A stretch of DNA of 61,759 nucleotides, counting the filler, from Sphacelaria rigidula (Eukaryota): NCBI GenBank assembly GCA_964200075.2. It is 8 parts of 8 records of this genome, joined end to end, with 100 filler letters (N's around TTAATTAATTAA, not from the genome) between each part and the next. Parts side by side here need not be neighbours in the genome. Positions count along the whole stretch, not along the records: positions 54,128 to 61,759 come from CAXNAA020014022.1; 7 more parts are not named here. One strand, given 5' to 3'. Numbering within the stretch: the first letter of the stretch is position 1; every line of letters starts with the position of its first letter. Under the pieces are notes generated by a model that saw only the letters and a program-made list of their open reading frames with translations, did not search any database and was not told where the DNA came from. Positions 61,294-61,759 of the stretch are shown piece after piece. Made by a program: the position numbers and the translations under genes.

Positions 61294-61411
61294 TACGTTG
61301 GCTAATTTAGGTTTACCTGGTACATCTCTATTTGTTGGGGAATTCCTTTTACTAGAATCTATTTCTGATTCAAACACAACTGCTTGTTTTTTTGCAGCTA
61401 CTTCTATGATA
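61294..61411 (+). pseudogene. nad4: Mitochondrial nad4 fragment in nuclear DNA (NUMT)
   Basis: AT-rich island encoding TLANLGLPGTSLFVGEFLLLESISDSNTTACFFAATSMI, the conserved Nad4 motif LAN..LPGT..F.GEF. Confidence 0.85.
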
Positions 61412-61595
61412 ACACACAACCTTCAACACTCCTTGTGCGCTAGTGTGACGCGGCCGCAAATAATGGCGGGTAGCTGTGAACGCGTCAGTGACGCCGGTGC
61501 ACTCAAGGCCTTCAAATGGCATTGCTGCATGCAGCGACACTTCCAATTGCTATTTCGTGCAACAAGTGCCTCAACCCCCCCCCTCCCCTCCTCGA

Positions 61596-61710
61596 GGTCA
61601 ATGGTCTTATGACTATGGCATGCATGATCATGAGTACACCCTCCCCTCCTCCAATGGTCGAACGAATAAAGCAAGCAACAAATGAGTACGCCCCCCCCCC
61701 CCCCCCCCCC
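61596..61710 (+). repeat. Two tandem units of the ggtcaatggtc...gagtac dispersed repeat
   Basis: Unit 1 matches 15704-15770 (rc); unit 2 matches 9293-9347. Confidence 0.8.
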
Positions 61711-61759
61711 CCACGCGCCCTCCCCCAAGGGACACGCGGGCAAGACGCAAACGACCACA

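Overview
Eukaryotic nuclear DNA, most likely from a brown alga (Phaeophyceae) or related stramenopile. This is inferred from short GT-AG exons in long introns, a flagellar Kintoun/PF13 gene, an exostosin GT47 gene and a red-lineage plastid ycf35 fragment. The window is not one locus. It is eight unrelated contigs of 7633/7632 bp (1-7633, 7734-15366, 15467-23099, 23200-30831, 30932-38563, 38664-46295, 46396-54027, 54128-61759) joined by artificial 100-bp N-linkers containing TTAATTAATTAA. Content is mostly transposon-derived: a degenerate Ty3/Gypsy element (with a MITE inside gag), a degenerate Ty1/Copia element lacking most of gag, an internally deleted intron-containing hAT element next to a 43-bp array, a chromodomain-bearing Gypsy fragment, a candidate KDZ/Zisupton-type transposase exon next to a hierarchical 28/83/166-bp satellite, two tRNA-derived SINE families and many MITE/foldback elements. 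Host genes are partial: two exons of DNAAF2/KTU/PF13 and the last three exons of an exostosin-family glycosyltransferase. Two organelle-derived inserts are present (plastid tRNA end plus ycf35; mitochondrial nad4). I found no CRISPR array and no convincing new multi-gene system. The best leads are the KDZ-like exon with its higher-order array, the fully palindromic intronic foldback family and the modular SINE. All family calls come from motif recognition by eye, not database searches.
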